Source: Macrostomum lignano (lineage: Eukaryota). From it: 64,000 bases of DNA. The stretch covers positions 62,001 to 126,000 of the forward strand of contig NIVC01000369.1 of assembly GCA_002269645.1 (NCBI GenBank), in the 5' to 3' direction. The position numbers and the translations under genes are program-made. Numbering within the stretch: position 1 is the first letter of the stretch; each line of letters begins with the position of its first letter. The notes beneath the pieces are model-generated. The model did no database searches, was not told the DNA's origin, and saw only the letters and a list, made by a program, of their open reading frames with translations. Below are positions 21,573-34,233 of the stretch, piece by piece.

Positions 21573-24500
21573 TTTGTACATCTGTCACTCTCCATGAAAT
21601 CAGGAGTGACAATTTCTACATCTGTCACTCTCCATGAAATCAGGAGTGACAATTTCTACATCTGTCACTCTCCATGAAATCAGGAGTGACAATTTCTAAA
21701 CCTGTCACTCTCCATGAAATCAGGAGTGACAATTTCTACATCTGTCACTCTCCATGAAATTAGGAGTGACAATTTCTAAACCTGTCACTCTCCATGAAAT
21801 CAGCTGAGTGACAATTTCTCAACCTGTCACTCTCCATGAAATCGAGGTGACAATTTCTAAACCTGTCACTCTCCATGAAATCAGGAGTGACAATTTCTAC
21901 ATCTGTCACTCTCCATGAAATTAGGAGTGACAATTTCTAAACCTGTCACTCTCCATGAAATCAGCTGAGTGACAATTTCTAAACCTGTCACTCTCCATAA
22001 AATCAGGAGTGACAATTTCTAAACCTGTCACTCTCCATGAAATCAGGAGTGACAATTTCTAAACCTGTCACTCTCCATGAAATCAGCTGAGTGACAATTT
22101 CTAAACCTGTCACTCTCCATAAAATCAGGAGTGACAATTTCTAAACCTGTCACTCTCCATGAAATCAGGAGTGACAATTTCTAAACCTGTCACTCTCCAT
22201 GAAATCAGGAGTGACAATTTCTAAACCTGTCATTCTCCATGAAATTAGGAGTGACAATTTCTAAACCTGTCACTCTCCATGAAATCAGGAGTGACAATTT
22301 CTAAACCTGTCATTCTCCATAAAATCAGGAGTGACAATTTCTAAACCTGTCATTCTCCATAAAATCAGGAGTGACAATTTCTAAACCTGTCACTCTCCAT
22401 GAAATTAGGAGTGACACTTCTAAAATCCGTCACTCTCAATAAAATCAGGAGTGACAATTTCTAAAACCCGTCACTCTCAATAAAATCAGGAGTGACACTT
22501 CTAAAACCTGTCACTCTCAATAAAATCAGGAGTGACACTTCTAAAACCTGTCACTCTCAATAAAATCAGGAGTGACACTTCTAAAACCTGTCACTCTCAA
22601 TAAAATCAGGAGTGACACTTCTAAAATCCGTCACTCTCAATAAAATCAGGAGTGACACTTCTAAAATCCGTCACTCTCAATAAAATCAGGAGTGACACTT
22701 CTAAAACCCGTCACTCTCAATAAAATCAGGAGTGACACTTCTAAAACCTGTCACTCAATAAAATCAGGAGTGACACTTCTAAAATCCGTCACTCTCAAAA
22801 AAATCAGGAGTGACACTTCTAAAACCTGTCACTCAATAAAATCAGGAGTGACACTTCTAAAATCCGTCACTCTCAATAAAATCAGGAGTGACACTTCTAA
22901 AATCCGTCACTCTCAAAAAAATCAGGAGTGACACTTCTAAAATCCGTCACTCTCAATAAAATCAGGAGTGACACTTCTAAAATCCGTCACTCTCAAAAAA
23001 ATCAGGAGTGACACTTCTAAAACCTGTCACTCAATAAAATCAGGAGTGACACTTCTAAAATCCGTCACTCTCAATAAAATCAGGAGTGACACTTCTAAAA
23101 TCTGTCACTCTCAATAAAATCAGGAGTGACACTTCTAAAATCCGTCACTCTCAATAAAATCAGGAGTGACAATTTCTAAAACCCGACACTCTCAATAAAA
23201 TCAAGAGTGACACTTCTAAAACCTGTCACTCTCAATAAAATCAGGAGTGACACTTCTAAAACCTGTCACTCTCAATAAAATCAGGAGTGACACTTCTAAA
23301 ACCTGTCACTCTCAATAAAATCAGGAGTGACACTTCTAAAACCTGTCACTCTCAATAAAATCAGGAGTGACACTTCTAAAACCCGTCACTCTCAATAAAA
23401 TCAGGAGTGACACTTCTAAAACCCGTCACTCAATAAAATCAGGAGTGACACTTCTAAAATCCGTCACTCTCAATAAAATCAGGAGTGACAATTTCTAAAA
23501 CCTGTCACTCAATAAAATCAGGAGTGACACTTCTAAAACCTGTCACTCTCAATAAAATCAGGAGTGACACTTCTAAAACCCGTCACTCTCAATAAAATCA
23601 GGAGTGACACTTCTAAAACCTGTCACTCTCAATAAAATCAGGAGTGACACTTCTAAAACCCGTCACTCTCAATAAAATCAGGAGTGACTCTTCTAAAACC
23701 CGTCACTCAATAAAATCAGGAGTGACACTTCTAAAACCCGTCACTCTCAATAAAATCAGGAGTGACAATTTCTAAAACCTGTCACTCAATAAAATCAGGA
23801 GTGACACTTCTAAAACCTGTCACTCTCAATAAAATCAGGAGTGACACTTCTAAAACCTGTCACTCTCAATAAAATCAGGAGTGACACTTCTAAAATCCGT
23901 CACTCTCAATAAAATCAGGAGTGACACTTCTAAAACCCGTCACTCTCAATAAAATCAGGAGTGACACTTCTAAAACCCGTCACTCTCAATAAAATCAGGA
24001 GTGACACTTCTAAAACCTGTCACTCAATAAAATCAGGAGTGACACTTCTAAAACCCGTCACTCTCAATAAAATCAGGAGTGACACTTCTAAAACCCGTCA
24101 CTCTCAATAAAATCAGGAGTGACACTTCTAAAATCCGTCACTCTCAATAAAATCAGGAGTGACACTTCTAAAACCCGTCACTCTCAATAAAATCAGGAGT
24201 GACACTTCTAAAACCCGTCACTCTCAATAAAATCAGGAGTGACACTTCTAAAATCCGTCACTCTCAATAAAATCAGGAGTGACACTTCTAAAATCCGTCA
24301 CTCTCAATAAAATCAGGAGTGACACTTCTAAAATCCGTCACTCTCAATAAAATCAGGAGTGACACTTCTAAAATCCGTCACTCTCAATAAAATCAGGAGT
24401 GACACTTCTAAAATCCGTCACTCTCAATAAAATCAGGAGTGACACTTCTAAAATCCGTCACTCTCAATAAAATCAGGAGTGACACTTCTAAAATCCGTCA

Positions 24501-25114
24501 CTCTCAATAAAATCAGGAGTGACACTTCTAAAATCCGTCACTCTCAATAAAATCAGGAGTGACACTTCTAAAATCCGTCACTCTCAATAAAATCAGGAGT
24601 GACACTTCTAAAATCCGTCACTCTCAATAAAATCAGGAGTGACACTTCTAAAATCCGTCACTCTCAATAAAATCAGGAGTGACACTTCTAAAATCCGTCA
24701 CTCTCAATAAAATCAGGAGTGACACTTCTAAAATCCGTCACTCTCAATAAAATCAGGAGTGACACTTCTAAAATCCGTCACTCTCAATAAAATCAGGAGT
24801 GACACTTCTAAAATCCGTCACTCTCAATAAAATCAGGAGTGACACTTCTAAAATCCGTCACTCTCAATAAAATCAGGAGTGACACTTCTAAAATCCGTCA
24901 CTCTCAATAAAATCAGGAGTGACACTTCTAAAATCCGTCACTCTCAATAAAATCAGGAGTGACACTTCTAAAATCCGTCACTCTCAATAAAATCAGGAGT
25001 GACACTTCTAAAATCCGTCACTCTCAATAAAATCAGGAGTGACACTTCTAAAATCCGTCACTCTCAATAAAATCAGGAGTGACACTTTTAAAATCCGTCA
25101 CTCTCAAAAAAATC
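21573..25114 (+). repeat. Minisatellite, ~40-bp unit with internal inverted repeat (GTCACTC...GAGTGAC), ~88 copies, SLC35F5 intron 5
   Basis: 5' type TGTCACTCTCCATGAAATCAGGAGTGACAATTTCTACATC grades into the 3' type GACACTTCTAAAATCCGTCACTCTCAATAAAATCAGGAGT, which is nearly invariant from ~24240. Confidence 0.97.
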
Positions 25115-25122
25115 ACCCACAG

Positions 25123-25464
25123 GTGCAATACGACTGGCGCTTTTACTGCGGCAGCGTTCCCGTGTTTCTCTCCTTTGTTATTGTGGCCTTTCTGAGCAAC
25201 TCTGACGATCCGGACTACGACCCAGCCTTGGCATTCCTCACCCGGTGCCGGCAGATGCTGTCAGCAGCCGAGCCTACAGTTGGAGTTTCTGGACGAGGCG
25301 GAGTTCGTCGATCAGCTGTTGCTAGGCAACCGGTTTCAGTTGCTAAGCAACAACAACGCCAGCGTCGTCAACAGCATCAACAACAGCACAGGAAATTGAC
25401 TAGAAATAATCAGATCGCCCCAGCTGCCGTTAATCCCACTGATGGGTCTGTACAGTCAGCGTAA
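25123..25464 (+). CDS. SLC35F5: SLC35F5 exon 6 of 6 (spliced CDS 1989 nt, 662 aa)
   Basis: CACAG|VQYDWRFYCGSVPVFLSFVIVAFL...DP.. (cf. [21 protein letters not shown]), then stop at 25464. Confidence 0.9.
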   Translation: MQYDWRFYCGSVPVFLSFVIVAFLSNSDDPDYDPALAFLTRCRQMLSAAEPTVGVSGRGGVRRSAVARQPVSVAKQQQRQRRQQHQQQHRKLTRNNQIAPAAVNPTDGSVQSA

Positions 25465-26804
25465 GGGTGAAACTAGGGATTACTAGTTCTAGTAGTCTGG
25501 AATGGAAACCCAACTTTTCTGCATCTATAAGGATTTGAAGATTATTAAAGACTTTGTTAATTAAAGGATTTGAAGATTATCGTGTGTTGTTTACTGATTT
25601 AAATTGGCGCCAAAAAGTTTATAACCGTTGATTTAAATATCATAGTAGCAGAAAATTACAATATTTAAACAAATTTTGTACAACCAAAAAGCTAAACAAG
25701 AATAGCAAGTTGCTTTGAGTGTTTCGGTTATATTGTAATTTGTTTTACTTGTACTTGAGTCCTTTTTGGCGCAAATTTGAATTAGAATTTAGATTTTTTA
25801 AATCGTCTTTTGAGATATTTTTTGAGTGTAGTCTAAATTGTTTGGAAAATGTCTCTGCTGACTTTCTTTCCAGATTTCAGAGTTGTTTTCATAGCTACTT
25901 AACTTTATAAATAATAATGGGTGGGCGCTTGAGCCACATGCGGCCCACTAAGCTGCTTAGCTCGGCTCTCTACTCTCCTCTCATTTCAGCTTCTCTTTCA
26001 TCTCTTCTCTATTCCTTCTCCTTCCTTTTATCTGGCCATTGAGATAAAAACATTGCCCAACCTCTTCCCTATGCCATATTATTATAGAATGAGAAGTACA
26101 GAATTTTTTGTTTAAATTCGCATCTGGAAAAAGTTATAATACGTAAAAGCCGGAAATTTGGCGTGAATTTAAAATAAGCTATGTAAAAATCTATCGACAG
26201 ACTGCTTTGATTTTATTTTCTAAATAATAAACTTACTTAACACTAACGGTTGAAAATCAACACTATGATTATGATATTTTAGTCTTCCAAACAGTTTTCA
26301 ATTTTAAATTTGTTAAGCAGATTAATTTACATTACGACTATAATTGGTTTAATTAAATGTCTAGTACAAATCCTTGGTTTCTTGTGCAATATTTATGACT
26401 AAAATATGGTTTTTAATGTTCCCAAATCTTTCTTTTGCACTGTAAAACTTGTATTCAGCTCTTTTTCTGTCTGAATGCGTTTCTGCTTTCTTTCTGATCT
26501 TGTTAACTCTGATATATGTTTAAGAGGGTGTCAGAATTTTCAATTCTATATCATAGCGATTTTGTGTCTATCCTGTATTGTGTACAAAATTATACTCGGC
26601 TTGGCTCATTGAAACCTTGCCCGCGTTTTTTTCTCTGGATCTCCAGTCATTAGTTTTCTATAATTAGACAATCTCTATTTGATGAAGAGTTTTTGTCCTT
26701 TTTTCATTGACTGTTTTATTCTGATCAATCTATCCGATCAGTGACTGCGGGCTTGAGACGCCACCTGTGTGCCTGCTGACCCCCCCCCCCCCGGATACAC
26801 TGGG

Positions 26805-27745
26805 TCCCTTCTCTCTCCCTCTCCCTCCCTCTCTTCCTCTTTCCCTCTCCCTCCCTCTCTTCCTCTCTCCCTCTCCCTCTCTCCCTCTCTCCCTCTCCCT
26901 CCCTCTCTTCCTCTCTCCCTCTCCCTCCATTCCTCTCTCCCTCTCTCCCTCTCTTCCTCTCTGCCTCTCCCTCCATTCCTCTCTCCCTCTCTCCCTCTCT
27001 TCCTCTCTCCCTCTCCCTCTCTTCCTCTCTCCCTCTCCCTCCATTCCTCTCTCCCTCTCTTCCTCTCTCCCTCTCCCTCCATTCCTCTCTCCCTCTCTCC
27101 CTCTCTTCCTCTCCCTCCATTCCTCTCTCCCTCTCTCCCTCTCTTCCTCTCTCCCTCTCCCTCTCCCTCTCTCTCCCTCTCCCTCCCTCTCTTCCTCTCT
27201 CCTCTCCCTCTCTCCCTCTCTCCCTCTCCCTCCCTCTCTTCCTCTCTCCCTCTCCCTCTCCCTCTCTCCCTCTCCCTCCCTCTCTTCCTCTCTCCCTCTC
27301 CCTCCATTCCTCTCTCCCTCTCTCCCTCTCTTCCTCTCTCCCTCTCCCTCCATTCCTCTCTCCCTCTCTCCCTCTCTTCCTCTCTCCCTCTCCCTCCATT
27401 CCTCTCTCCCTCTCTCCCTCTCTTCCTCTCTCCCTCTCCCTCTCCCTCTCTCTCCCTCTCCCTCCCTCTCTTCCTCTCTCCCTCTCCCTCTCTCCCTCTC
27501 TCCCTCTCCCTCCCTCTCTTCCTCTCTCCCTCTCCCTCTCTCCCTCTCTCCCTCTCCCTCCCTCTCTTCCTCTCTCCCTCTCCCTCCATTCCTCTCTCCC
27601 TCTCTCCCTCTCTTCCTCTCTCCCTCTCCCTCCATTCCTCTCTTCCTCTCCCTCTCTTCCTCTCTCCCTCTCCATCCCTCTCTTCCTCTCTCCCTCTCTC
27701 TCCCTCTCCACATCTCCTCATTCTTTCTCTCTTCTTCTCCCTCTT
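26805..27745 (+). repeat. Polypyrimidine (CT-rich) low-complexity tract, ~940 bp
   Basis: Almost only C and T (CTCTCC, CTCTTC, CCATTC modules). Confidence 0.95.
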
Positions 27746-28013
27746 CCTCTCTCTTCCTCTCCCACTTTACATGTCAACCTTCTCTCCCCCCTCCATACCT
27801 TTTCTCCCCGATCTCCACTATTTATCTCTTCCTCTCTCGGGTCAAAGTCAAATCCCCTTCTTATCTTCGTGTGAGTTATTATTGCAGTATTATCTTTGTA
27901 GATGCGACGGGAAATGGGGCCCAGTCCTCCAGGCTGCAATTTAACTGCCGAAAGATTTAGATTCGGGTCAGTGTTGGGGTTTTAAAGAAAGTTTTATGCA
28001 GTATTAGTAATAA

Positions 28014-28320
28014 TAATTGATTACACCTGTCCTAATGCGCCAGATATGCAACCGACAGCTCAGCCGCAGCTATTGCGCGGCGCATCTGAAGGCTGCGTAC
28101 GGCTGTTCAGTCCAAGGACTGGGGGGTCGCCACACACACCCTCAATTACCCCAGCTAATGCTGGCACCCATTTTACAGCTGGGTGAACTGAAGCAATGCA
28201 GAGTTAAGTGTCTTGCTCAAGGACACAAATTATTCCGAGTGGGATCGGGAATCGAACCCCCGACCTTTCAATCGTGAGTCAGACGTTCTAACCACTAGGC
28301 TACAACCTACAAGCCCGCTG
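28014..28320 (-). mobile_element. tRNA-derived SINE with CORE-like central domain
   Basis: Minus strand A box TAGCCTAGTGG (28302-28292) and B box GGTTCGATTCC (28258-28248). Then CCTTGAGCAAGACACTTAAC...CTTCAGTTCACCCAGCTGTAAAATGGG, resembling the MIR CORE CCTTGGGCAAGTCACTTAAC...CCTCAGTTTCCTCATCTGTAAAATGGG, and an (ATT)n tail. Candidate TSD TAGTAATAA at 28005-28013 and 28321-28329. Confidence 0.85.
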
Positions 28321-28684
28321 TAGTAATAAAATCCTATTGGATGATTGATTAGGCATCTTTATCTTTATCTACGAGCTACATATGTATTTGATACTGTGTA
28401 AAGCAAGACTTGCGTGTGAACATTTAGGTTGAGCAATATTCGAAAATGCTGTTTTTTCAAACTGGATAAACAATTTTAATTGAGTACGCAGTCAGAGCAG
28501 TGTGCAATGGCGGAATGAGAGCTCGGCTCACCTGAGATGCTTGATCTCATGCCGCCGCCACCTACGCCACCTATGTTGTTTGCTGTTGTATTCAAACTAA
28601 GATCTGTGTTAGTTTAATAAGGTATTGTACGAGTAATCAGTGACGTACGCGTGGAATTTAATTTTAGGGGCGTTTGACAAGATT

Positions 28685-30862
28685 AGGTCTCTTGGTGGGC
28701 GCCCCTGTCTCTTGGTGGGCGCCCCTGTCTCTTTGTGGGCGCCCCTGTCTCTTGGTGGGCGCCCCTGTCTCTTGGTGGGCGCCCCTGTCTCTTGGTTGGC
28801 GTCCCTGTCTCTTGGTTGGCGTCCCTGTCTCTTGGTTGGCGTCCCTGTCTCTTGGTTGGCGTCCCTGTCTCTTGGTTGGCGCCCCCTGTCTCTTGGTTGG
28901 CGTCCCTGTCTCTTGGTTGGCGCCCCCTGTCTCTTGGTTGTCGTCCCTGTCTCTTGGTTGGCGCCCCCTGTCTCTTGGTGGGCGCCCCTGTCTCTTGGTT
29001 GGCGTCCCTGTCTGTTGGTGGGCGCCCCTGTCTCTTGGTTGGCGTCCCTGTCTGTTGGTTGGCGCCCCCGTCTCTTGGTTGGCGCCCCCTGTCTCTTGGT
29101 TGGCGTCCCTGTCTCTTGGTTGGCGCCCCCTGTCTCTTGGTGGGCGCCCCTGTCTCTTGGTTGGCGTCCCTGTCTGTTGGTGGGCGCCCCTGTCTCTTGG
29201 TTGGCGCCCCCTGTCTCTTGGTGGGCGCCCCTGTCTCTTGGTTGGCGCCCCCTGTCTCTTGGTGGGCGTCCCTGTCTCTTGGTGGGCGCCCCTGTCTCTT
29301 GGTTGGCGCCCCCGTCTCTTCGTTGGCGTCCCTGTCTGTTGGTTGGCGCCCCCTGTCTCTTGGTTGGCGTCCCTGTCTGTTGGTTGGCGCCCCCGTCTCT
29401 TGGTTGGCGTCCCTGTCTCTTGGTGGGCGCCCCTGTCTCTTGGTTGGCGCCCATGTCTCTTGGTTGGCGTCCCTGTCTGTTGGTGGGCGCCCCTGTCTCT
29501 TGGTTGGCGCCCCCTGTCTCTTGGTGGGCGCCCCTGTCTCTTGGTTGGCGCCCCCTGTCTCTTGGTGGGCGTCCCTGTCTCTTGGTGGGCGCCCCTGTCT
29601 CTTGGTTGGCGCCCCCGTCTCTTCGTTGGCGTCCCTGTCTGTTGGTTGGCGCCCCCTGTCTCTTGGTTGGCGTCCCTGTCTGTTGGTTGGCGCCCCCGTC
29701 TCTTGGTTGGCGTCCCTGTCTCTTGGTGGGCGCCCCTGTCTCTTGGTTGGCGCCCCCGTCTCTTGGTTGGCGTCCCTGTCTGTTGGTTGGCGCCCCCTGT
29801 CTCTTGGTTGGCGTCCCTGTCTGTTGGTTGGCGCCCCCGTCTCTTGGTTGGCGTCCCTGTCTGTTGGTTGGCGCCCCCGTCTCTTGGTGGGCGCCCCCTG
29901 TCTCTTGGTTGGCGCCCCCGTCTCTTGGTTGGCGTCCCTGTCTGTTGGTTGGCGCCCCCTGTCTCTTGGTTGGCGCTCCCTGTCTCTTGGTTGGCGTCCC
30001 TGTCTCTTGGTTGGCGCCCCCTGTCTCTTGGTGGGCGCCCCTGTCTCTTGGTTGGCGTCCCTGTCTGTTGGTGGGCGCCCCTGTCTCTTGGTTGGCGTCC
30101 CTGTCTGTTGGTTGGCGCCCCCGTCTCTTGGTTGGCGCCCCCTGTCTCTTGGTTGGCGTCCCTGTCTCTTGGTTGGCGCCCCCTGTCTCTTGGTTGGCGC
30201 CCCCGTCTCTTGGTTGGCGTCCCTGTCTGTTGGTGGGCGCCCCTGTCTCTTGGTTGGCGCCCCCTGTCTCTTGGTGGGCGTCCCTGTCTGTTGGTGGGCG
30301 CCCCTGTCTCTTGGTTGGCGCCCCCTGTCTGTTGGTTGGCGCCCCCGTCTCTTGGTTGGCGTCCCTGTCTGTTGGTTGGCGACCCCTGTCTCTTGGTGGG
30401 CGTCCCTGTCTGTTGGTGGGCGCCCCTGTCTCTTGGTTGGCGTCCCTGTCTGTTGGTTGGCGCCCCCGTCTCTTGGTGGGCGCCCCCTGTCTCTTGGTTG
30501 GCGCCCCCGTCTCTTGGTTGGCGTCCCTGTCTGTTGGTTGGCGCCCCCTGTCTCTTGGTTGGCGTCCCTGTCTGTTGGTTGGCGCCCCCGTCTCTTGGTG
30601 GGCGCCCCTGTCTCTTGGTGGGCGCCCATGTCTCTTGGTTGGTGCCCCTGTCTCTTGATTGGCGCCCATGTCTCTTGGTTGGCGCCCATGTCTCTTGGTT
30701 GGCGCCCCTGTCTCTTGATTGGCGCCCATGTCTCTTGGTTGGCGCCTATGTCTCTTGGTTGGTGCCCCTGTCTCTTGATTGGCGCCCATGTCTCTTGGTT
30801 GGCGCCCATGTCTCTTGGTGGGCGCCCCTGTCTCTTGGTTGGCGCCCCTGTCTCTTGATTAG
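28685..30862 (+). repeat. GC-rich minisatellite, 19-21-bp unit CCCTGTCTCTTGGTTGGCGC, ~108 copies
   Basis: Direct reading. It accounts for all six-frame ORFs at 28609-30938. Confidence 0.97.
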
Positions 30863-31154
30863 CGTCCTTTACAGTACTCCTGTATCTTAAGACCCGTGGA
30901 TGCCAAGTCCAAGATGTGTCCAAGTGAGCTTCTATCATACTTTAAGCATGATTGCCAAACTTTCATTTAGTCTCTATAGGGGGTGATGGAGGGGTCGCGA
31001 CCCTAATGGCCTTTCTCTGCGTGCGCCACTAAGCTTAGTCATTGTATTTATCCGATGAGGTCAGGTGGCCATAAACTGAACTTGCAGGTTGTGAGAAAAT
31101 CTTAAGGACAAAGGAGAGAAATTTTTGTGTCGGAGTGAGAAACATGGATTTGAG

Positions 31155-31525
31155 GGGGGCAGGAGTGACAAAAAACGTGTAGGAGAGTGACAAAAACAGA
31201 TGTAGGGGAGTGACAAAAACAGGTGTAGGGGAGTGACAAAAACAGGTGTGGGGGAGTGACAAAAACAGGTGTAGGGGAGTGACAAAAACAGGTGTAGGGG
31301 AGTGACAAAAACAGGTGTAGGGGAGTGACAAAAACAGGTGTAGGGGAGTGACAAAAACAGGTGTAGGGGAGTGACAAAAACAGGTGTGGGGGAGTGACAA
31401 AAGCAGGTGTAGGGCAGTGGCATAAAAAGATCTAAGGGGGAGTGACAGAAACAGGTGTAGGGGAGTGACATAAAAAGATCTAAGGGGGAGTGACAGAAAC
31501 AGGTGTAGGGGGGTGACAAAAAAAA
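31155..31525 (+). repeat. Minisatellite, 23-bp unit GGGGAGTGACAAAAACAGGTGTA, ~15 copies
   Basis: Direct reading. Confidence 0.92.
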
Positions 31526-31889
31526 CAGGTCTGCTTTTTTGCTTTTTGCTTCCTGAAAAGCCAAATTTTTCGTGGAGTTCTAAATGCAGGTGCAAATTAA
31601 ATGAAAAATTTAATTAGAAGTTTGATGCCGCTATTGCAATAACAAATCCCTTTTTAAGCGTGAATAGTTTTTGTACGCAAATGTTTCTAAAATTAGAAAC
31701 AGTTATACGTCTTACAATTTTCAGTAGTAGTCTTTTCTCTGACAATACAGCTGAGTCACACACGGCCTGTTCGCAAATCACTGCTCCGCTACGCCCTAAT
31801 TAGGTGAAGTGGCTTCGGCATTTACTGTTGGTTGTCCAATTACCCGTCTTAAGCAACCCTACACCTGTTTCGCACTGGCGGCACCCAAA

Positions 31890-33600
31890 TTGACTCTCCT
31901 GACACCCAACTTGACTCTCTCCTGACACCCAACTTGTCTCTCTCCTGACACCCAACTTGTCTCTCTCCTGACACCCAGCTTGTCTCTCTCCTGACACCCA
32001 GCTTGTCTGTCTTGACACCCAACTTGTCTCTGTCTTGACACCCAACTTGTCTCTCTCCTGACACCCAGCTTGTCTCTCTCCTGACACCCAGCTTGTCTCT
32101 GTCTTGACACCCAACTTGTCTCTGTCTTGACACCCAGCTTGTCTCTCTCCTGACACCCAACTTGTCTCTGTCCTGACACCCAACTTGTCTCTGTCCTGAC
32201 ACCCAACTTGTCTCTGTCCTGACACCCAACTTGACTTTCCTGACACCCAACTTGTCTCTCTCCTGACACCCAACTTGCCTCTCTCCTGACACCCAACTTG
32301 TCTCTCTCCTGACACCCAACTTGTCTCTCTCCTGACACCCAACTTGACTCTCTCCTGACACCCAACTTGTCTCTCTTCTGACACCAACTTGTCTCTGTCC
32401 TGACACCCAGCTTGACTCTCTCCTGACACCCACCTTGCTCTGTCCTGACACCCAACTTGCCTCTCTCCTGACACCCAACTTGTCGCTCTCCTGACACCCA
32501 ACTTGTCGCTCTTCTGACACCCAACTTGACTCTCTCCTGACACCCAACTTGTCTCTCTTCTGACACCAACTTGTCTCTGTCCTGACACCCAGCTTGACTC
32601 TCTCCTGACACCCACCTTGCTCTGTCCTGACACCCAACTTGCCTCTCTCCTGACACCCAACTTGTCGCTCTCCTGACACGCAACTTGTCGCTCTCCTGAC
32701 ACCCAACTTGTCTCTGTCCTGACACCCAACTTGTCTCTGTCCTGACACCCAACTTGTCTCTGTCCTGACACCCAACTTGTCTCTCTCCTGACACCCAACT
32801 TGTCTCTGTCCTGACACCCAACTTGTCTCTCTCCTGACACCCAACTTGTCTCTCTCCTGACACCCAACTTGACTTTCCTGACACCCAACTTGTCTCTCTC
32901 CTGACACCCAACTTGCCTCTCTCCTGACACCCAACTTGTCTCTCTCCTGACACCCAACTTGTCTCTCTCCTGACACCCAACTTGACTCTCTCCTGACACC
33001 CAACTTGTCTCTCTTCTGACACCAACTTGTCTCTGTCCTGACACCCAGCTTGACTCTCTCCTGACACCCACCTTGCTCTGTCCTGACACCCAACTTGCCT
33101 CTCTCCTGACACCCAACTTGTCTCTCTCCTGACACCCAACTTGTCTCTCTCCTGACACCCAACTTGACTCTCTCCTGACACCCAACTTGTCTCTCTTCTG
33201 ACACCAACTTGTCTCTGTCCTGACACCCAGCTTGACTCTCTCCTGACACCCACCTTGCTCTGTCCTGACACCCAACTTGCCTCTCTCCTGACACCCAACT
33301 TGTCGCTCTCCTGACACGCAACTTGTCGCTCTCCTGACACCCAACTTGTCTCTGTCCTGACACCCAACTTGTCTCTGTCCTGACACCCAACTTGTCTCTG
33401 TCCTGACACCCAACTTGTCTCTCTCCTGACACCCAACTTGTCTCTGTCCTGACACCCAACTTGTCTCTCTCCTGACACCCAACTTGTCTCTCTCCTGACA
33501 CCCAACTTGACTTTCCTGACACCCAACTTGACTCTCTCATGACACCCAACTTGTCTCTCTCCTGACACCCAACTTGACTCTCTCCTGACACCCACCTTGT
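31890..33600 (+). repeat. Minisatellite, 21-bp unit CTCCTGACACCCAACTTGTCT, ~80 copies, with 638-bp higher-order repeat
   Basis: Diagnostic variant GACTTTCC recurs at 32233, 32871 and 33509; TTCTG-ACACCAAC recurs at 32376/33014 and 32558/33196. Confidence 0.95.
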
Positions 33601-34233
33601 CTTTGTCTGACAAGCAGCAACGCAGATCACGATGGCTACATGCAAGGTGGATCCGTAAAGTACAGATCAAAAGAGACATTTTATCAAGCTTATTAAACTG
33701 CTCAAAGCTTCTTTAAAGTGCTTTGGTCAATTAAAGGTCTGCTCTATTTCTACTCAGCCATCATTTTTGTCAGTTTGGTCCATTTCAGCTGTAAGAGTGC
33801 CGTATAGTGAAGAATAGAAAAGAAAAATAGCTTTTTAGTCTGAAGCTTACACTGCACAAACACAATGTCCACATTGCACACACCATTGAAGATCTGGAAT
33901 GCAAATTCTCAAGCAGAAACCCCCCACCACCACATACACTCGCATCTATTGTCCATTTCTGCGTCTGTCTATCTCATTCTTTCTCTGTTTTTCTTGATCG
34001 CTTCATCTTACTCGCTGCTTGGGTTTGGAGGCTGACAAACTGGCTTTGGTTAATTGGCTTGGGGGGCAGCCATTTTCTGCTTAAGCTTTCATATAGTTAT
34101 AACTGAGAGCTGAAAACTCAGGCCAAACACCCGAGCCTTGCAGCTCGTTATGCTGTGCGCATTTACTCTGCACATCTTCTCACAAACTGAATTCATTTTA
34201 TTAGAGGATTGCTAAATCTATGTAGAGAGAATT

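Noticed and set aside
21573-25114. CRISPR-like appearance of regularly spaced palindromic ~40-bp units
   Set aside because: There are no unique spacers and no cas genes, and the array lies in a spliceosomal intron of a eukaryotic gene. It is a minisatellite.
31780-31801. TIR-like GCTACGCCCTA end (another at ~61019-61034)
   Set aside because: No matching partner end or TSD was found in the window.
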